From Amphiscolops sp. MND2022 (Eukaryota), in NCBI GenBank assembly GCA_964187785.1, contig OZ076409.1, forward strand, positions 33,172,001 to 33,236,000: a DNA stretch of 64,000 nucleotides, read 5' to 3'. Positions 1-13,420 of this stretch are shown one piece after another (position 1 is the first letter of the stretch; every line of letters starts with the position of its first letter). The notes beneath the pieces were generated by a model. It ran no database searches. It saw nothing but the letters and a program-made list of their open reading frames with translations, and had not been told where the DNA came from. Position numbers and translations under genes: made by a program.

Positions 1-260
1 AGTGCTGAAAAACTTCAAAAGGGGGACCCTACAGTCTTCTCCATTATTATATCTCACGTTATCACGTTAAAAATGGATTGAGTGAACGACGGGGGAGCCT
101 TTACACTAAACTAGAGCTGCGTTTCCGCTGCCGGTCGAGTAGTTTAGTAGTTCTGTAAAAAGTGAGCGCTACGCATTCATTCCCTGACGAAAGAAGAAGA
201 AAAAAAGTTGTGACTATATTAGTCGGGCTTTTTCCTCTAGAAGAAAATGCGCCGACTAAA
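1..260. mobile_element. End of a Helentron/DINE-1-like non-autonomous element, cut by the window start
   Basis: GGGGGACCCT core motif and terminal stem-loop AGTCGGGC-TTTTCC..GAAAAT-GCGCCGACT-AAAA (221-260); the same end structure closes the copy at 37231-37700. Confidence 0.6.
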
Positions 261-3200
261 ACGGACTGTTGAGGAGAAAAGGTCATCCTCGGCTAGACGT
301 ATTTACCAGTACCTGCTAAAAAGACAATACCCTTCAAGGTTACCATGAAGTGTGCTAGCATACAATACGTTTACATTGAATACGATACACTTGCTTTTGT
401 TCATTACTACCGATACAATTTTATATCATTTCTCTTGGGAAATCTCTCCTTTGGTCAATTACACGGACCATTAGCATACTTTCTGTTATCTTTAAAACAT
501 AGAAAATCGATCGTTTTCGTAGTCGAGAACATTTTCCTTCGAATTACGAGCAGTTCCGGATTCATAGACAGGTAAAATTAACAGAGATACAACCAAAGAA
601 AACGAGTCCTCTCGGGTCAAGTGAAACTTTTCATGCATACCATTCGGTCTCAGAAAATTGCTCCCGAAAGTGAAATTGACATCAGCCGTAACGATCATTT
701 GGACATCTTCACTTCATCTTCGGTTCAATTTCTAATTGAAATATGATGTGACTGTCTGAGTTGGAAGTTAAACCTTACGTTGTTAAGCTATTGAGATGTA
801 ATTGAAGGCGACGATTTTGAAACTTTCAAAATCAACGATTGTTACATTTATTGATTGACTTTCTAGTAACCCATCAGATAAGATTAACTGAGTTGTAAAG
901 GTTTTTTGTTTCATCTTTGAGGTAATTTGGAAAGTTTCCAAAACGAGTCGAGACCTTCATTTGTTGCTGAAACAAAATGGGGAGATGTGGAATTATAGTT
1001 GCTTGCCATCCATAACAAGAGATACAATTGCTCGACCTGACTCTTGTTGCACTGATGAAACAAATTCGTTAGGATTCAAAATAGTCATTATTGAAGAAGT
1101 CATTATAGGTGCATGTTCTTCATTGTTAAAAGCACCTTTGAGATTGAGACTATGAAATGACGTTGCATGTGAAACAAGACGTTGTCTACTGAAAAATCAA
1201 AAACCCACTTCTGACTTATGTCTTCAGGTGTTTCAAATTGCCAACGCGCATCCTTTTACGAAACGAACCGCAGACATCAAGTGGCTAGGAATTTATGTTG
1301 GTGTGCTTAACACAAGTAATGAGAAGGTCTTAACCTAACATGGTTGGGTCTAAAATTGTTATTTCAAAAAGTGAGCTTCCAAGCTTAATGATATTTTTAT
1401 TGAATCATTACTTAAAAAGCAGCAAGAATAAAACGTGAAAAATTATGTCCTCTGTTACCATCCAATGTTTACCAAATATAATCTGAAAATTTACCGGGAC
1501 TGTTATGATTCTGAAAGTAAAATCCGAAACGAGATTCTAAATGTGCTGCGCATTGTTATGTTTTCTTTTGATACTATCAAAAGTTCATCTTATGATTTGA
1601 AATCTTTTTTAAAAAATATTAGAAGAACAAACAAACAACTAATGTTTTCATGAGATACAACCCCTATTTTCCCAGAAAATTCGCTGATTGCAGTAAAAAC
1701 TTAAGAAGCCTATAACTCAGTATACAAAACCTCTGAAAAATTAACACTCTGCAATATTGTTCAACTGATAAACAACGAGGTGAACTTGGAATTAAATGCA
1801 TCGAAACATGTATAAAATCCACAATACAAAGGACGGTAAAAATATTTTCGAACCTTAAAAAAGTAGCCAGAAACGATTTTGAAAAATCAGAAAAAAACGA
1901 GTATTGAAACTTTATCTTTTGACATGAATAAGTTCGTAAACTGTGTTTACTTAACATCAGAAAATGATTTTTTTCCAATGTTGTTCGACGCAGGAGTTTA
2001 TGAATTGCCTGCTTTGTATCCTAACTTACTACTAACGGGATAATTTACTCCAAATCCAATGCAGCATTATTTGTAGTTAGAGCATATTCGTTATACTCAC
2101 TGTGATTCTCACTATTACTTTTGTTTTTGTCTCGTCTCGTCAATCAGTTCCAAAATTTCAGTTACAAACTTACCTTATCAAATTATTCTTCCAGGTAAAG
2201 GAAAACTTTTCAAAAATGTTTTTAAAAAAACAAAAGGAATTATTCCTTGACGTTTGATACGCACACTAAGTTTCCCAGAAAAACGGATCCTAGAGGATCA
2301 AGTTCAGAAGGCTATGACGCATCTTACAAAAACACTAAAGAGCCAACACCCTGCAACTGCCCTTAACCGAAGAACACTTGCTGACTTTGGACTAAGCCAA
2401 GAATACTAGTAGATGCTGAAAACATGTGGAAAACCTACGATGAAAAATCATTTCAACGTTTCTTTCGAAAAAATATAAAATAAAAAGTAACAGCAATTTT
2501 TTTCAAAGGATAGAAAATGATATTTATGTTTTATCTTTTGCCTGAAGAATTTCGTTGAAGATGGTGGTTTACCAATTGAAATTGAATATTTTGAAGATAT
2601 GTTTAATCGAAGAAAATATGAACGGACTGAATTAATTTTTTTGAACAACACATCGAAGAACACCATGTTTAAAACAGCAACACCTTTCTGAATGTTTAAC
2701 AAAATTCCATTAGATTCCAAATATGAAACAAAAAGACTAAGAACTCCAGAAAGGCAACAAAGAGCATCACTTTTTTAGCATAGCATCCAAACTAAAAACA
2801 TAACATTTTGAAAAGTTTGATGATAAAAACTCATTACCCGGTAACAAGTCATTGAAATGTAATTTTGTTGGCTCTTCAAAGGTTTATCAATGAGTTTTTG
2901 TTTTTATCACACAACCTGTATTTGTGATGATGCTAACACTTGAAAAATTCACATAGCGGAACACAATTGTTGGTGAAAATGACGGAAAAAAAACTTGGAA
3001 CAAATCTTTGGAATTTATAACACGTCAAAAAACCCAACAGATGCAACTTCTTCAACTGCCCAACTTTCTTGTACATTCAGAGTAACCCACACAACTGAAT
3101 CCTGTTTAACTCGAGAAGCGACAGGGGGTTCATTCAATTTTCACTGTAACAGTACTCCACAGAAATCAACTGAAAAATTCTCAGGGAAATTTTACCTTTC

Positions 3201-4750
3201 AACGGACTTGTTCAGTCCAATATGGTTGACTCTTCAATTGTCAAAATAGTTTCGGAATATCCAAGTATTGATAGCACCTCTCAGTCATCCAGGAAAACAT
3301 TTTTCACAAACTGAAATGGTTATCAGTTTAACCCAAACCATCAAAGAACCTTCGATTATGATCTTTTCAAACGGCTAACACAAAAGGATTTGAATGCCCA
3401 ATCCTTCAATTTTTTGAGAACAAACACTAGTGCATAAAGTTTTTGGGGAAGAAAAAGGACCTTTGTTTCAGAAGAAAATATAAATGAGAAATTGAACCTA
3501 GGAAATCAGAAGTTGGAGGGTCGTAAACGTGATATAGGTTCAAAATTCGAAAGAACTAGGTTCAAGAAACGATCGAAAGTCAAAACCATGTTTTTTCCTT
3601 GTGAATAAAAAACATTGTGGATTATTTAAAATTGATTTTGAGTAATATGAGAGAAAAATACGATAGTCCACATTTCAATGAATGAGAGCGTTCATAGGTA
3701 AAAAATTAAATTAATTTCGTTCAACAAAAAGATATCCAATTTATTCTGGATTGATTCAGTATATAGAAAATTGATTTTAGAACAGCTTGCTGATCCTTTC
3801 AAAAAACTATAGCTTGAAGAAGTTCTATTCCAACCCGTTCTAATCCAAAAGTTATGTTCATCGTCTTCCAGGGTTTCCTGGAAGAAATGGGGTTTGTTTT
3901 GTTTCTGATTGCTCGTTTGGTTGCATGGTATCTGGTAAAGGAAATTGATCCGTCAACCTCGTATTTCCATCATGCATATAACGAACAACAACATCACAAA
4001 GTATAAAAATATCAAATTGGGCTCGAGGAATGAAAAAAATTCAGATTCGAAAAGTGTTTTCATATTGCTTTCATATTGTCTTGGTTTTCATATTGTTCAA
4101 GAGATTCAGTTTTTAATTTGTTTTTATTTCTCGATCTTTTCGTTTTTAGATTGAAACTTTTAAATTAAGTTTTTACAAAATTAAGGTGCATCATAAAGAA
4201 TTCTTCTCAGAAATTCTTCCAAAAGTTGTTCTCAGAGCAAAACCTATTTTTTGTGACAAACACTTTGTTTATCTAAAACTGGAACGTTTCTAACTACGTA
4301 AAGTAATTTCAAAAGTTATGAAACAAGCTTCATCAAAATCTTCGAAACTATTTTCATATCGATTCCGATTAGGACAAATTTCACTTTCATCAGAATCTTT
4401 TTTGTTTAATAATCAAATTTATTTTAAAAAGTTTGCACAAAACGTTCCACATGCAGAGGGGACTGGTTCATCTTTCATGTTTATTCAAAACGTCAATCAT
4501 TCACACGGTAAAATTGATACTACCTAGTTAAAAAAGTGTACTACTAATGTTCTATTGATTCAGCGTCTTTGATTTTTGAAAAAAGTAGTACTTTATTATA
4601 AGTTTACTGCTAAATCATAATCTAAAAGTTATATTGATTTCTGAAGAAACGAATACACAATATAGGTTGTTTTTTTGAATTTCTCTTTGGATACGTCTAT
4701 TTCCTCATGTTTTTGTATGAGCAAAAATGTTTCGGCAAATGATAAACGAA

Positions 4751-4884
4751 CTAAAATTTTTCTTCAAAAATCTTAGGAATGTGTAAGGAACAAAACGTTT
4801 TTCAGATTTTCCAGTTTTCATATGAAGAGCGGGAAGAACGTCTATGGAGGATTGTCTGAATGCCACATGGGATTAAAATTTTGT
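4751..4884 (-). repeat. Copy A of a dispersed inverted repeat pair (partner 7061-7192)
   Basis: TTTTCCAGTTTTCATATGAAGAGCGGGAAGAACGTCTATGGAGGATTGTCTGAATGCCACATGGGATTAAAATTTTGT is a near reverse complement of 7061-7140. Confidence 0.8.
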
Positions 4885-5839
4885 CGGGTTACTGGTGTTG
4901 ATTCTACAGTAGTGTGCGTATAGCAACCATTTTCAGTCCAAGGCAAAATTTCATCCAGAGGGCTAAATCTTCTATTACAGAAAAATGGAACACGGTACCC
5001 TCAATTTTCGTTTCACCAAATTCGTCCCCTACTGAAGGGGTCCAAGCCAACGACTGCATGACGTGATAATCAAGACAGTAGAAAAACTCCCTCAAAACTA
5101 CACTAATTGTCGACTGATAAATGCAGGAATGCCTACCCAGCAAACACAAGCAATCCTTGTTACCGTGTTTTCTACGTTACACAACTCTCCGAAAACAATC
5201 CGTGAGACACCCACGTAAGACACACAGAGACGGTACAGAAACAATTGAAAGACCATATCTCTGTCAGATGTACTCCGAAAGAGGTGAAAACATCTCGGTT
5301 GAACGAGATGTAGCAATTTTACCCGCATCAGTTTAACACTGAGCACTGACAGAGAGAACATCTTCATCGACGGGATGCTAACGTTGGGCGATGTGACAGG
5401 AATCCAGGTCTTGAGACTATGATTGATTCTCATTCGGCACGCCAGAAAATCTAAGTTGTGACTTGCGTAGTGAAACTGGGAGGAAGAATCTGCAAACACA
5501 CCTGAGGAATAATACGAAAAGAGTGGTCCGTGTAACTTAGTAGAAAAACCCAAATTGTTTTTGCTAAAAATGGAAACGCCCTGCAACGCATCAATCAGTG
5601 AAAGTACAGAACTGGAAAAAAAACGAATTTCCGTCGGAAATTGACGATCCCCAATGTTGTAAGAAACAAGTGAAATGACAAAAGTCCGCATAAATCCTTT
5701 CTGAGTGGCCCTGTCACAGCCAGCTCCCGGTTGTTATTATTTTAAACGCGATTGCTTCGGTTGAATATAGTGTTGTGAACTAATTGTAATGCTTTTTGTG
5801 ACGTCATCAAAACAGCTATGGTAGCATTACGTTATTATT

Positions 5840-6915
5840 TGAAATGATTTTGTGACGTCACTGATTAGAGAATTTGAAAGATTTCCTAAAACTCAACGTA
5901 ACGTCTCCGTCAACCGCTGTGCCGCTAGACCTAATCTTAATACGTACGGAGACGTTACGGAGCGAATGGTAAGTTTGTAGCAGCGAGATGATATTTAAAG
6001 CTAGTTTTGAAAGGGAGCTCTTCAGGAAACGATACCCTAAGAGAAATTCACGAACATATTTTTTTTGACAAAAACTGTACTGTAAGGGAAAATTATAAAA
6101 CAGTGTTTTTCTGTTTTGGATTGATACTGAAAAACAAATCAAGGAATCATGCTCTTTTTACGCAACATACAATTTTTTCTTAGAATCAAACTTGAATGTT
6201 TCACAATAGCTATGGTTTACATTTTAACGGACGATCCCAAACTTAACGTAAGGGCGACTTGATTAATATACTTGTTTCTCTCGCAAACAATTCAAGTTCC
6301 ATATCCGGTGCTCTTGCTGGAACCCATAATGAAATCGTGATTGTCGCACACAGGGTGACAGTATGCCTTTGTAACTATTCGTTGCTTGATGTTTTATACT
6401 CATTTATTACGAAGTAAATTTTAATCGGCCATAAGGCTTCCGTTGGATTTTGCGTTTTGTTGTTGAGTTTTATAGTTGTGATATATGATTTTGCCAGTAG
6501 ACACTGGAGCATGTAGCATTTAGCATCATTTGTACCCTTCACACATCTCAGTATTTCCTTCATCCTCGAACAATTTTTTTCCGTTTTAGTTACGTTCTCA
6601 ATTTTGCTAGTCATACTTTTGTCTTGAGCACTTGAATTCCCAACTTAAAATTGACTACTTGTTCATGCCGGCGTTCTTTCGTCGATGAAAATGGTAAGTA
6701 GACTACTGCCATTTTAAATTTCAAACAGGAAATGAAACTGCCTGACCAAAAGTGATTTCAACAAATGTTACGGAAGGGTGACGCGACTAGGAATTTCGAT
6801 ACCTGATTTTGTGACGCGGTACTGAAATAATATAACTCAACTCAAGATTTTGTGTAAACAAATTCAATTTTAATGAAACCAAGAAATCTTTAGGCGAGGA
6901 ACAAATGATGATATG
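5840..6915 (+). repeat. Diverged homologue of the middle part of the Gypsy-2 LTR
   Basis: Ordered shared blocks with 40480-41415 and 51660-52745: GATTTTGTGACGTCAC, CTGTACTGTAAGG, ACGTAAGG.C.AC.TGAT, then ACTAG.AATTT..ACCTGATTT..ACGC.G.ACTGAAAT..TTTAGG.GAGGAACAAATGATG (clearest at 6780-6910). Confidence 0.5.
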
Positions 6916-7060
6916 AGAGTTTAAGTATGTTGGTTTAATAAATTAAATGAGATAGTTATTAGTGATCTTTGATAAATTGTTTATTATGTTGCTAAAACGA
7001 TTTTTCTTGAACATTTCCAAAACACATTGAAACATATTGGTTCCCAACGAAAAAGAAACA

Positions 7061-7192
7061 ACAAAATTTTAGTCCCATGTGGCATTCAGACAATCCTCTA
7101 TAGACGTTCTTCCGCTCTCCATATGAAAACTGGAAAAAACTGAAAGAGGTATTGTTCCTAACACTTTCTTACCGTTTTTGCAGAAAAAACTT
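7061..7192 (+). repeat. Copy B of the inverted repeat pair; leads into a decayed ORF
   Basis: Reverse complement of 4751-4884; encodes VPNTFLPFLQKKL versus VPYTFLRFLKKNF in copy A. Confidence 0.8.
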
Positions 7193-7376
7193 AAACGGGA
7201 AAACTGTCGCCTAATCGGAATTGATATGAGTCTTGTTTTGATGAAGATTATTTCACAACGTTTGAAAGGTTTGCGTAGTAAGAAACTTCCAGTTTTAGAG
7301 AATCAAAGTGTGTGCTCACAAAGAACGATTCTTTCTCCGAAAAAACTTTTCAAAGGAATCTCTGACCAGATATGTT

Positions 7377-7727
7377 TGGTGGTGGTGGTGGTGGTGGTGG
7401 TGGTGGTGGTGGTGGTGGTGGTGGTGGTGGTGGTGGTGGTGGTGGTGGTGGTGGTGGTGGTGGTGGTGGTGGTTGTGGTGGTGGTGGTGTTGGTGGTGGT
7501 GGTGGTGGTGGTGGTGGTGGTGGTGGTGGTGGTGGTGGTGGTGGTGGTGGTGGTGGTGGTGGTGGTGGTGGTGGTGGTGGTGGTGGTGGTGGTGGTGTTG
7601 GTGGTGGTGGTGGTGGTGGTGGTGGTGGTGGTGGTGGTGGTGGTGGTGGTGGTGGTGGTGGTGGTGGTGGTGGTGGTGGTGGTGGTGGTGGTGGTGGTGG
7701 TGGTGGTGGTGGTGGTGGTGGTTGTGG
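7377..7727. repeat. (GGT)n microsatellite, about 350 bp
   Basis: Directly visible; it produces the poly-V/W/G/T ORFs in the track. Confidence 0.99.
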
Positions 7728-8799
7728 ACGTTCCGGTCTTGTTAACAGATTTCAAACCCCAGAGATTGAAAACCAGTGACAATGCACACTTATCAGGCAA
7801 ACACTCGTCGAACCGACGCTGGAAATCTTTGTTTGCAAACCTTTTTCGTGTCAGAAGACGCCATTTTGTTTTTTCCTTCACTGTGCGTTTTTGTTCAAAA
7901 TTTTCAATCCATTTTTCATACTTTTTTTCAAAATTACTACAACGCTAATTCACCCAATCTCAAGACCCAACAATTCTGAGTTTCTGTTGTGATAAAACTA
8001 AAGGCCGTCCGGCACTTCAGTATTCAACACTGTGAAAACTCAATGCGTGATCTACACTTGAAGTATGATCTATACAGAAGTATTATCCTTTTCACAGCGC
8101 TTCATCAATTTTTGTGCAATTTTCATAGTTTGAGGTCACATTTTGATGTTTCTCGGTGTGAAGATATGGCGTGAAGTAAATGCAGAGATTTTTTGATGGT
8201 TCATGGTTGGAATGAAAGAGACTGTTAACCATTACGCAAATGAAGGTACTTTCAGGGAATTTTTATGCAATATATTTTAGGCATCAATAAAGGCCCGTTA
8301 CTAGCATCAAGAGAAAGTAAGTAGAAGCACATTCATTTCAACGTTGGTAGATAAAAACATTCATCCTATTTCTTTTCATCCCAGCCGCAATTTCCATTCT
8401 TAACAAACTACTCCTTCCATTTTTTCCACTTTCCAGCATTTGAAGGTAAATAACTTACCTTTCATTGCCTGAAATATCAACAAAAAAATTACAAGGCCCG
8501 TATTTTCAAAGTTGTGTACTTTTGTTTCGGTTTCTAGTCAGCTCTCCGTGAAAGAGAATTTTTGACGTTCGGTTACGTCATCGGTTCGCAATCATGACCT
8601 CATTCCGGTGTCCGCGTTATGACCATATTTGGTTACTCACTCAATCCCTCTCCCCCCGCTTAAAATGCCACCTACTTTTACTACTGGCCACTTTAGTCTC
8701 GTCCGGTTTTGTATGTTACGTTTTAAAAGGAAAAAAAAAGGTAGTGGTCCCCTTTGCACTAACTTGCATGCGTTGCCGTGGCCTGACTTGGTCGGTCCA

Positions 8800-8945
8800 T
8801 TAGTTTAGTAGTTTTAGTAATTTTAGTAGGTTCTGTTAAAAGCTGTAAAAAGTGTCCACTACGCATACATTCTGGAATCTGATAAAAAAAACTCGCCACT
8901 GTGATAGTCGCTCTCATTTTCTACCTCAAAACGCCAAATAAAAAC
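8800..8945. repeat. Degenerate end of the same Helentron-like family as 1-260
   Basis: TTTAGTAG..CTGTAAAAAGTG..CTACGCAT.CATTC..AAAAAAA..CACTGTGATAGTCG..CGCC.AATAAAAA parallels 140-260. Confidence 0.45.
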
Positions 8946-9121
8946 ATAGTCTTTCGAATTAAAAATTTTGTTAAAAATTATTGAATAAATTGTCTTCGAA
9001 CACACTGATTTTTCGTATACATCGAACCATTCGAAAATGGAAAAATTGTTGGCAAAAAGGGTCGAAAAAAAATTTTTCACGCTTTTGAGAAAATTTTTTA
9101 TTTATTTTTTCGTGCAAGTTT

Positions 9122-9970
9122 TGTAACGGCTGCTTGATCCCTACACTTGACAAACTTTACGCCGCCCTGAATTCGGTGCTCGGCACTGCGGATCGTTACC
9201 GAACACTGCTTGCTTCTTAGAATAAAAGGACTGTATCTTGATTTAGTAGGATCCAATGATCCCGAATTGCACTTCTTCCTTGTCTCTTAACACGTCCAAC
9301 TCTCCACAAGTTGAGAGTAACTAACTTAGTCGCCCTAAGTCTTTGGCGAAGAGTCGAAAATAGGTGAAGAAATGAATTAAGAATTGAAATGGTCCTAAGA
9401 CCCAACTTGAATACAGCTGTCCAATCAATTTGTGCTTCTCTAGTTATGGTATACATTTTGTTTACATTTCTACAGTAAATATAAGTCAAATTATGAAGTA
9501 TAAATAAATGACATTTAAGTGAAGTATTAAAGTTATTGGCTATGTAAACAAACCATAGTGTGGGTATAGCATTTTGGTTAGGTGGACTCTAAAGCATGTT
9601 TACACAATGTAAATATCATTAATTTCAACAGAGTTACATTCTAATGTGGTCATATAGGTAAATAACAAAGTTTACATTTTTGGTTCAATGACCTTGAACA
9701 CCACATATGTGAGGGGTAAAGGGGGTTATAGTGGATGAATGACCTTGAAATTTCGCCGGTGTGTTTGTGTTAGGTACTTGCGTATGTGTGCCAAGTTTCA
9801 TGTCTCTAGGGTTAGTAGTTGTCGAGAAAATCTATTTGGGGGTTTTCCATTTTTGTCACACTTGATGTTTCTTCAATATCTCTTCTAAGTTTCTAAGAGT
9901 TTAAGTTCTTGTTTCTCAACCAACATGTTCCAAATCAACTTTCTTTTCCTGCGGATTACTGGCGCCAACA
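9122..9970 (-). repeat. BEL/Pao 3' LTR
   Basis: TGTAACGGCTGC...GGCGCCAACA, matches 16590-17432 with scattered substitutions and small indels; preceded on the minus strand by purine-rich GGGAAACAAAGAGGG. Confidence 0.95.
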
Positions 9971-11862
9971 TTGCCGGCCCTCTTTGTTTCCCGAAAAACA
10001 CTTTCATAGAACAGGTTTGCCAGTTTCACTACTGGTCTTTTGAGTTTGCCATCTTTCGTCACCACTGTCGCAGATCTAACTCTGCCGTCGCTTCCTTCTT
10101 GCACCTCCAATAATCTCGCCATCTTGTAGTTGTAGTTGGACCGCTTCACATTTTCGTCCACGACCCAATCCAAATCGTTGACTTTCAGCTGTCTCACGTC
10201 ATCTTTGTTCCATTTATTACGCACATTCCATTCCGGCAGATATTCTTTAGTCCATCTGGACAATATCATATCTGAATAAGCTTGCGACACTCGAAATACT
10301 CGCCTCAAATCTGTGTAACGTTGAGCGTCTGGTAGGAAAGGTGTGGCTAAATGAGCTCTTCCCAATAAGAAGTGGTTCGGTGTCAAAGCTTCCAGGTCAT
10401 CAGGATCGTCACTAACACTAGTCAGTGGTCTAGCGTTCAACGTCTGCTCTACTAAACACATAGTTGTTATAAGGACGTCGTCCGTCAAGGATCGCCCATC
10501 CAATACAGCTATCATTGCTTTTTCACAACTTCGGGCCAATCCCCAGATTCCTCCAAAGGGAGGGGCTCCAGGAGGGTTGAATTTCCACTTGATGTCTTTT
10601 TGAGCTAGCGACGTCTCAATGTCTGACTGATTCCATGCATTTATACAATCTCTCAATTCTTTGGCTGCACCCACGAAGTTCGTCCCATTATCGCTCAGAA
10701 TTGTAGCAGGTTTGCCTCTCCAGGCAATAAACCGTGTGATAGCAGTTAAGCAGGTTTCTGCTTCCGAAGATGGAACAACTTCAATGTGTACTGCTCTAGT
10801 CGTCAAACATGTAAAGAGGCAACACCATCTCTTCATGGTCTTACGCATAAACTTCACTTCAAAGGGACCTAAATAGTCAACTCCAGTATTGGTAAAGGGG
10901 AATACTCGTTCCTGCAATCTCTCTTGTGGTAAATCAGCCATAAATGGTTGAGACACTCCAACTCGTTGCTTTCTACATTTAACACATTTCGCTTTGACGT
11001 TCCTCAAAGCGTTTCGCAATCCAATAATCCAGTATTCTTGCCTCAGAACACTTCTGACGTATTCTGTGCTTTCATGAAAACTCGCTCGGTGAGCATCTTC
11101 AATCAATTTGATGACTACATAGTGCTTTGCTGACAACAAGATCGGGTGTTTGACCTCATAACTTGATCTTGAATGCTGCAGTCGGCCATGTAGTCGCAGC
11201 AATCCTTTTTCATCCAGAAACGGCAATACTTTCTTCAATTGATGTGATGCCGGCAAAGGCTGCCCTTTGTCGATCTTCTCGTAGGCATCAAGAAAACTTT
11301 CCTTGTGACAACGCTTCAAAACTGCCAGTTTTGCCGCATTGAGTTCTTCAACTGTCAGAATTTCTCCAGAATTCCTTTTCTTCCACCTTAGACAGTATGA
11401 GAACACTCGAATCAACTTCTTGAAAGACCCGAATCTTTCCCATTCGAATGCGGGTTCCATTACAGCAGCTTCCATGACTGGATCTTGCTCTTCTTGAATG
11501 CTGAATTGCAATTTTCCAGGCGCCTTAGGCCAGGCGTCCTCCGTCTCGGTAAGCCACGCCGGCCCTGTGAGCCACTCACTCTTTTTCAGGGCTTTAACTG
11601 TCATTCCTCGAGTTCCAATGTCAGCAGGATTCTTTTTTCCTTCCACATGTCGCCATTGATCGATAGTTGAATTTTCGAGAATTTCAGCAACGCAGTTTGC
11701 CACAAAGACCGTTTGTTTGTTGTTACTTGCGTGAAGCCATTGTAGGACCGTCGTTGAATCTGTCCAATGTACAATTTGGTCTGCTTCAATATCATGTTCT
11801 TCCAAAATAAGCTCTCGCAGTCTCACTCCAAAAACTGCTGCCTGTATCTCCAACTTAGCCAC
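9916..11862 (-). pseudogene. pol: BEL/Pao pol C-terminal part: RNase H tail and integrase
   Basis: WTDSTTVLQW, NPADIGTRG, zinc-binding H..H..CVKC, GVDYLGP, FTCLTTRAVHIE, SDNGTNFVGA, DGRVRSA; the ORF ends inside the 3' LTR. Confidence 0.93.
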
Positions 11863-11886
11863 TGTCTTGTTTCGTATTGGAGCTAC

Positions 11887-12339
11887 TCAACATTTTCCGA
11901 TCACAAAGGCCACTTCGCCATTTTCTTGCCTTCTCAAATAAGCAACCATACACATTGCTTCCAACGAAGCGTCTGAGAAGATATGTAGATCTACTTTGTT
12001 CACACCTGACTCAAAATATGTTCTTTCGAGGGCCATTTGGTTCACATGTATCATCTCTGATGCCCATTTCTTGAATTCATGTCGATTTTCTTCATTCAGT
12101 TTTTTATCCCACGACTGTCCGTTCTCCTTCCATATTGATTTCTGTAGCAGGCGCATTCTTATGGTGAAAGGAGACACTATTCCCAAAGGGTCGAATACAG
12201 CTGAAACATGGGATAACACCGCTCTCTGCGTTATCTTCAACGGTATCTCCTTCTGCATGCCTCTGCACACCTCCAGATTGTCTGCGTCAACGTTCCATTG
12301 CATTCCCCAAGATTGATGCAGAAGTCGGCTCAGCTTCAA
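11887..12339 (-). pseudogene. pol: BEL/Pao RNase H (Peptidase_A17-type region)
   Basis: SAVFDPLGIVSPF and LHIFSDASLEAMCMVAYLR motifs. Confidence 0.9.
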
Positions 12340-12417
12340 AGGTTTTACTAGAGGACGGTGACTTGTCTGCTTGGTCGATAGACATGATAGTCTGTTCGCA
12401 GTTGCTAATCCATTTTG

Positions 12418-13385
12418 TTAAGTGAAAACTACCCTTGCTAACATCGCTCTCAACATATTGTAGATTTCAATAGCCTGCTCCGCGCTGGGAACAGACTTGA
12501 CGAAGTCATCCATATAGAAGTTTCGCATTATCAGTTTAGTAATTTGTGGGGACTCCTGTGCGTTATCTCTTGCAACTTGTTGCAGAGCATAATTGGCGCA
12601 AGTTGGCGAACTTTTGGCTCCGAAGATATGTCTTGCATACTCATACACCTTAACGGGTTCATTTGGATCGTCTCTCCATAGAAATCTCAACACTTTCCAT
12701 ACAAACTTCCGGCGGTCCTTTCACTTGTAGGAACATCGCCTCAATGTCGATCACAAGCAGTGATGGCGATCTTTTGTTCTCTAAACCTGAAGATTATTCC
12801 AATCAGATTCTGTAGTAGGTCCGGCCCTGTCAAGAGGTTATCGTTCAAGGAAATTCCACGGAATTTGGAGGCTGCGTTGCACACTCGCCTCACTTTTCCT
12901 GGTTTGTTGGGATTTTCTACTGGGTGATGTGGAACATACCACTGTCTTTCCATTTTTGTAGCTTCTAATTCTTCCTGCTTTAGGATTCTGACGAATCCCT
13001 TTTCAACAACTACTTTGATAGAGTCTTGATAGAGTTTCTTCAACTCCCGTTTCTTTTCATGTCTATACTCCAACGATTTCATTTGGCTCAATGCTGACGA
13101 ATAATTGTTCGGCAAGAAGGTGTCAATTCTTTTCCAGAGAAAACCGACTTCGTATCTTTCACCATCAAGCTTTGTGGTTTGTTCTAGCATCTGCAAGGCT
13201 TTCTCATCTTCCTTGGACCTTCCAGACACATCACAGCGGGATGTGTAGGATTCTATGTCCCACCAAGTTTTAATCTGTTCTGCCAGCACATCATCTTCAG
13301 AAGCTGTTACGCAAGATGCAGTCATCTGCACAGCCCTTTGCTGTGAAAGTGGTCCACAGAGAGTCCATCCAAGTTTCGTTTTCAC
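12418..13385 (-). pseudogene. pol: BEL/Pao reverse transcriptase, frameshifted
   Basis: WYVPHHPV..KPGKVRRV, SLNDNLLTGPDLL, FGAKSSP and catalytic FYMDD across two ORFs. Confidence 0.92.
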
Positions 13386-13420
13386 TGGCCAAGGCTCACC
13401 TTTCGTGCAGCTTTTATATT

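Noticed and set aside
5098..5691. 197-aa minus-strand ORF and fragmentary frames across 260-5700
   Set aside because: No recognisable motif; probably decayed repeat sequence, so no call is made
7178..7948. Long poly-Val/Trp/Gly/Thr ORFs
   Set aside because: Artefacts of the (GGT)n microsatellite
9217..9489. 90-aa ORF duplicated at 16686-16958
   Set aside because: Lies within the BEL LTRs; the duplication is explained and there is no protein signature
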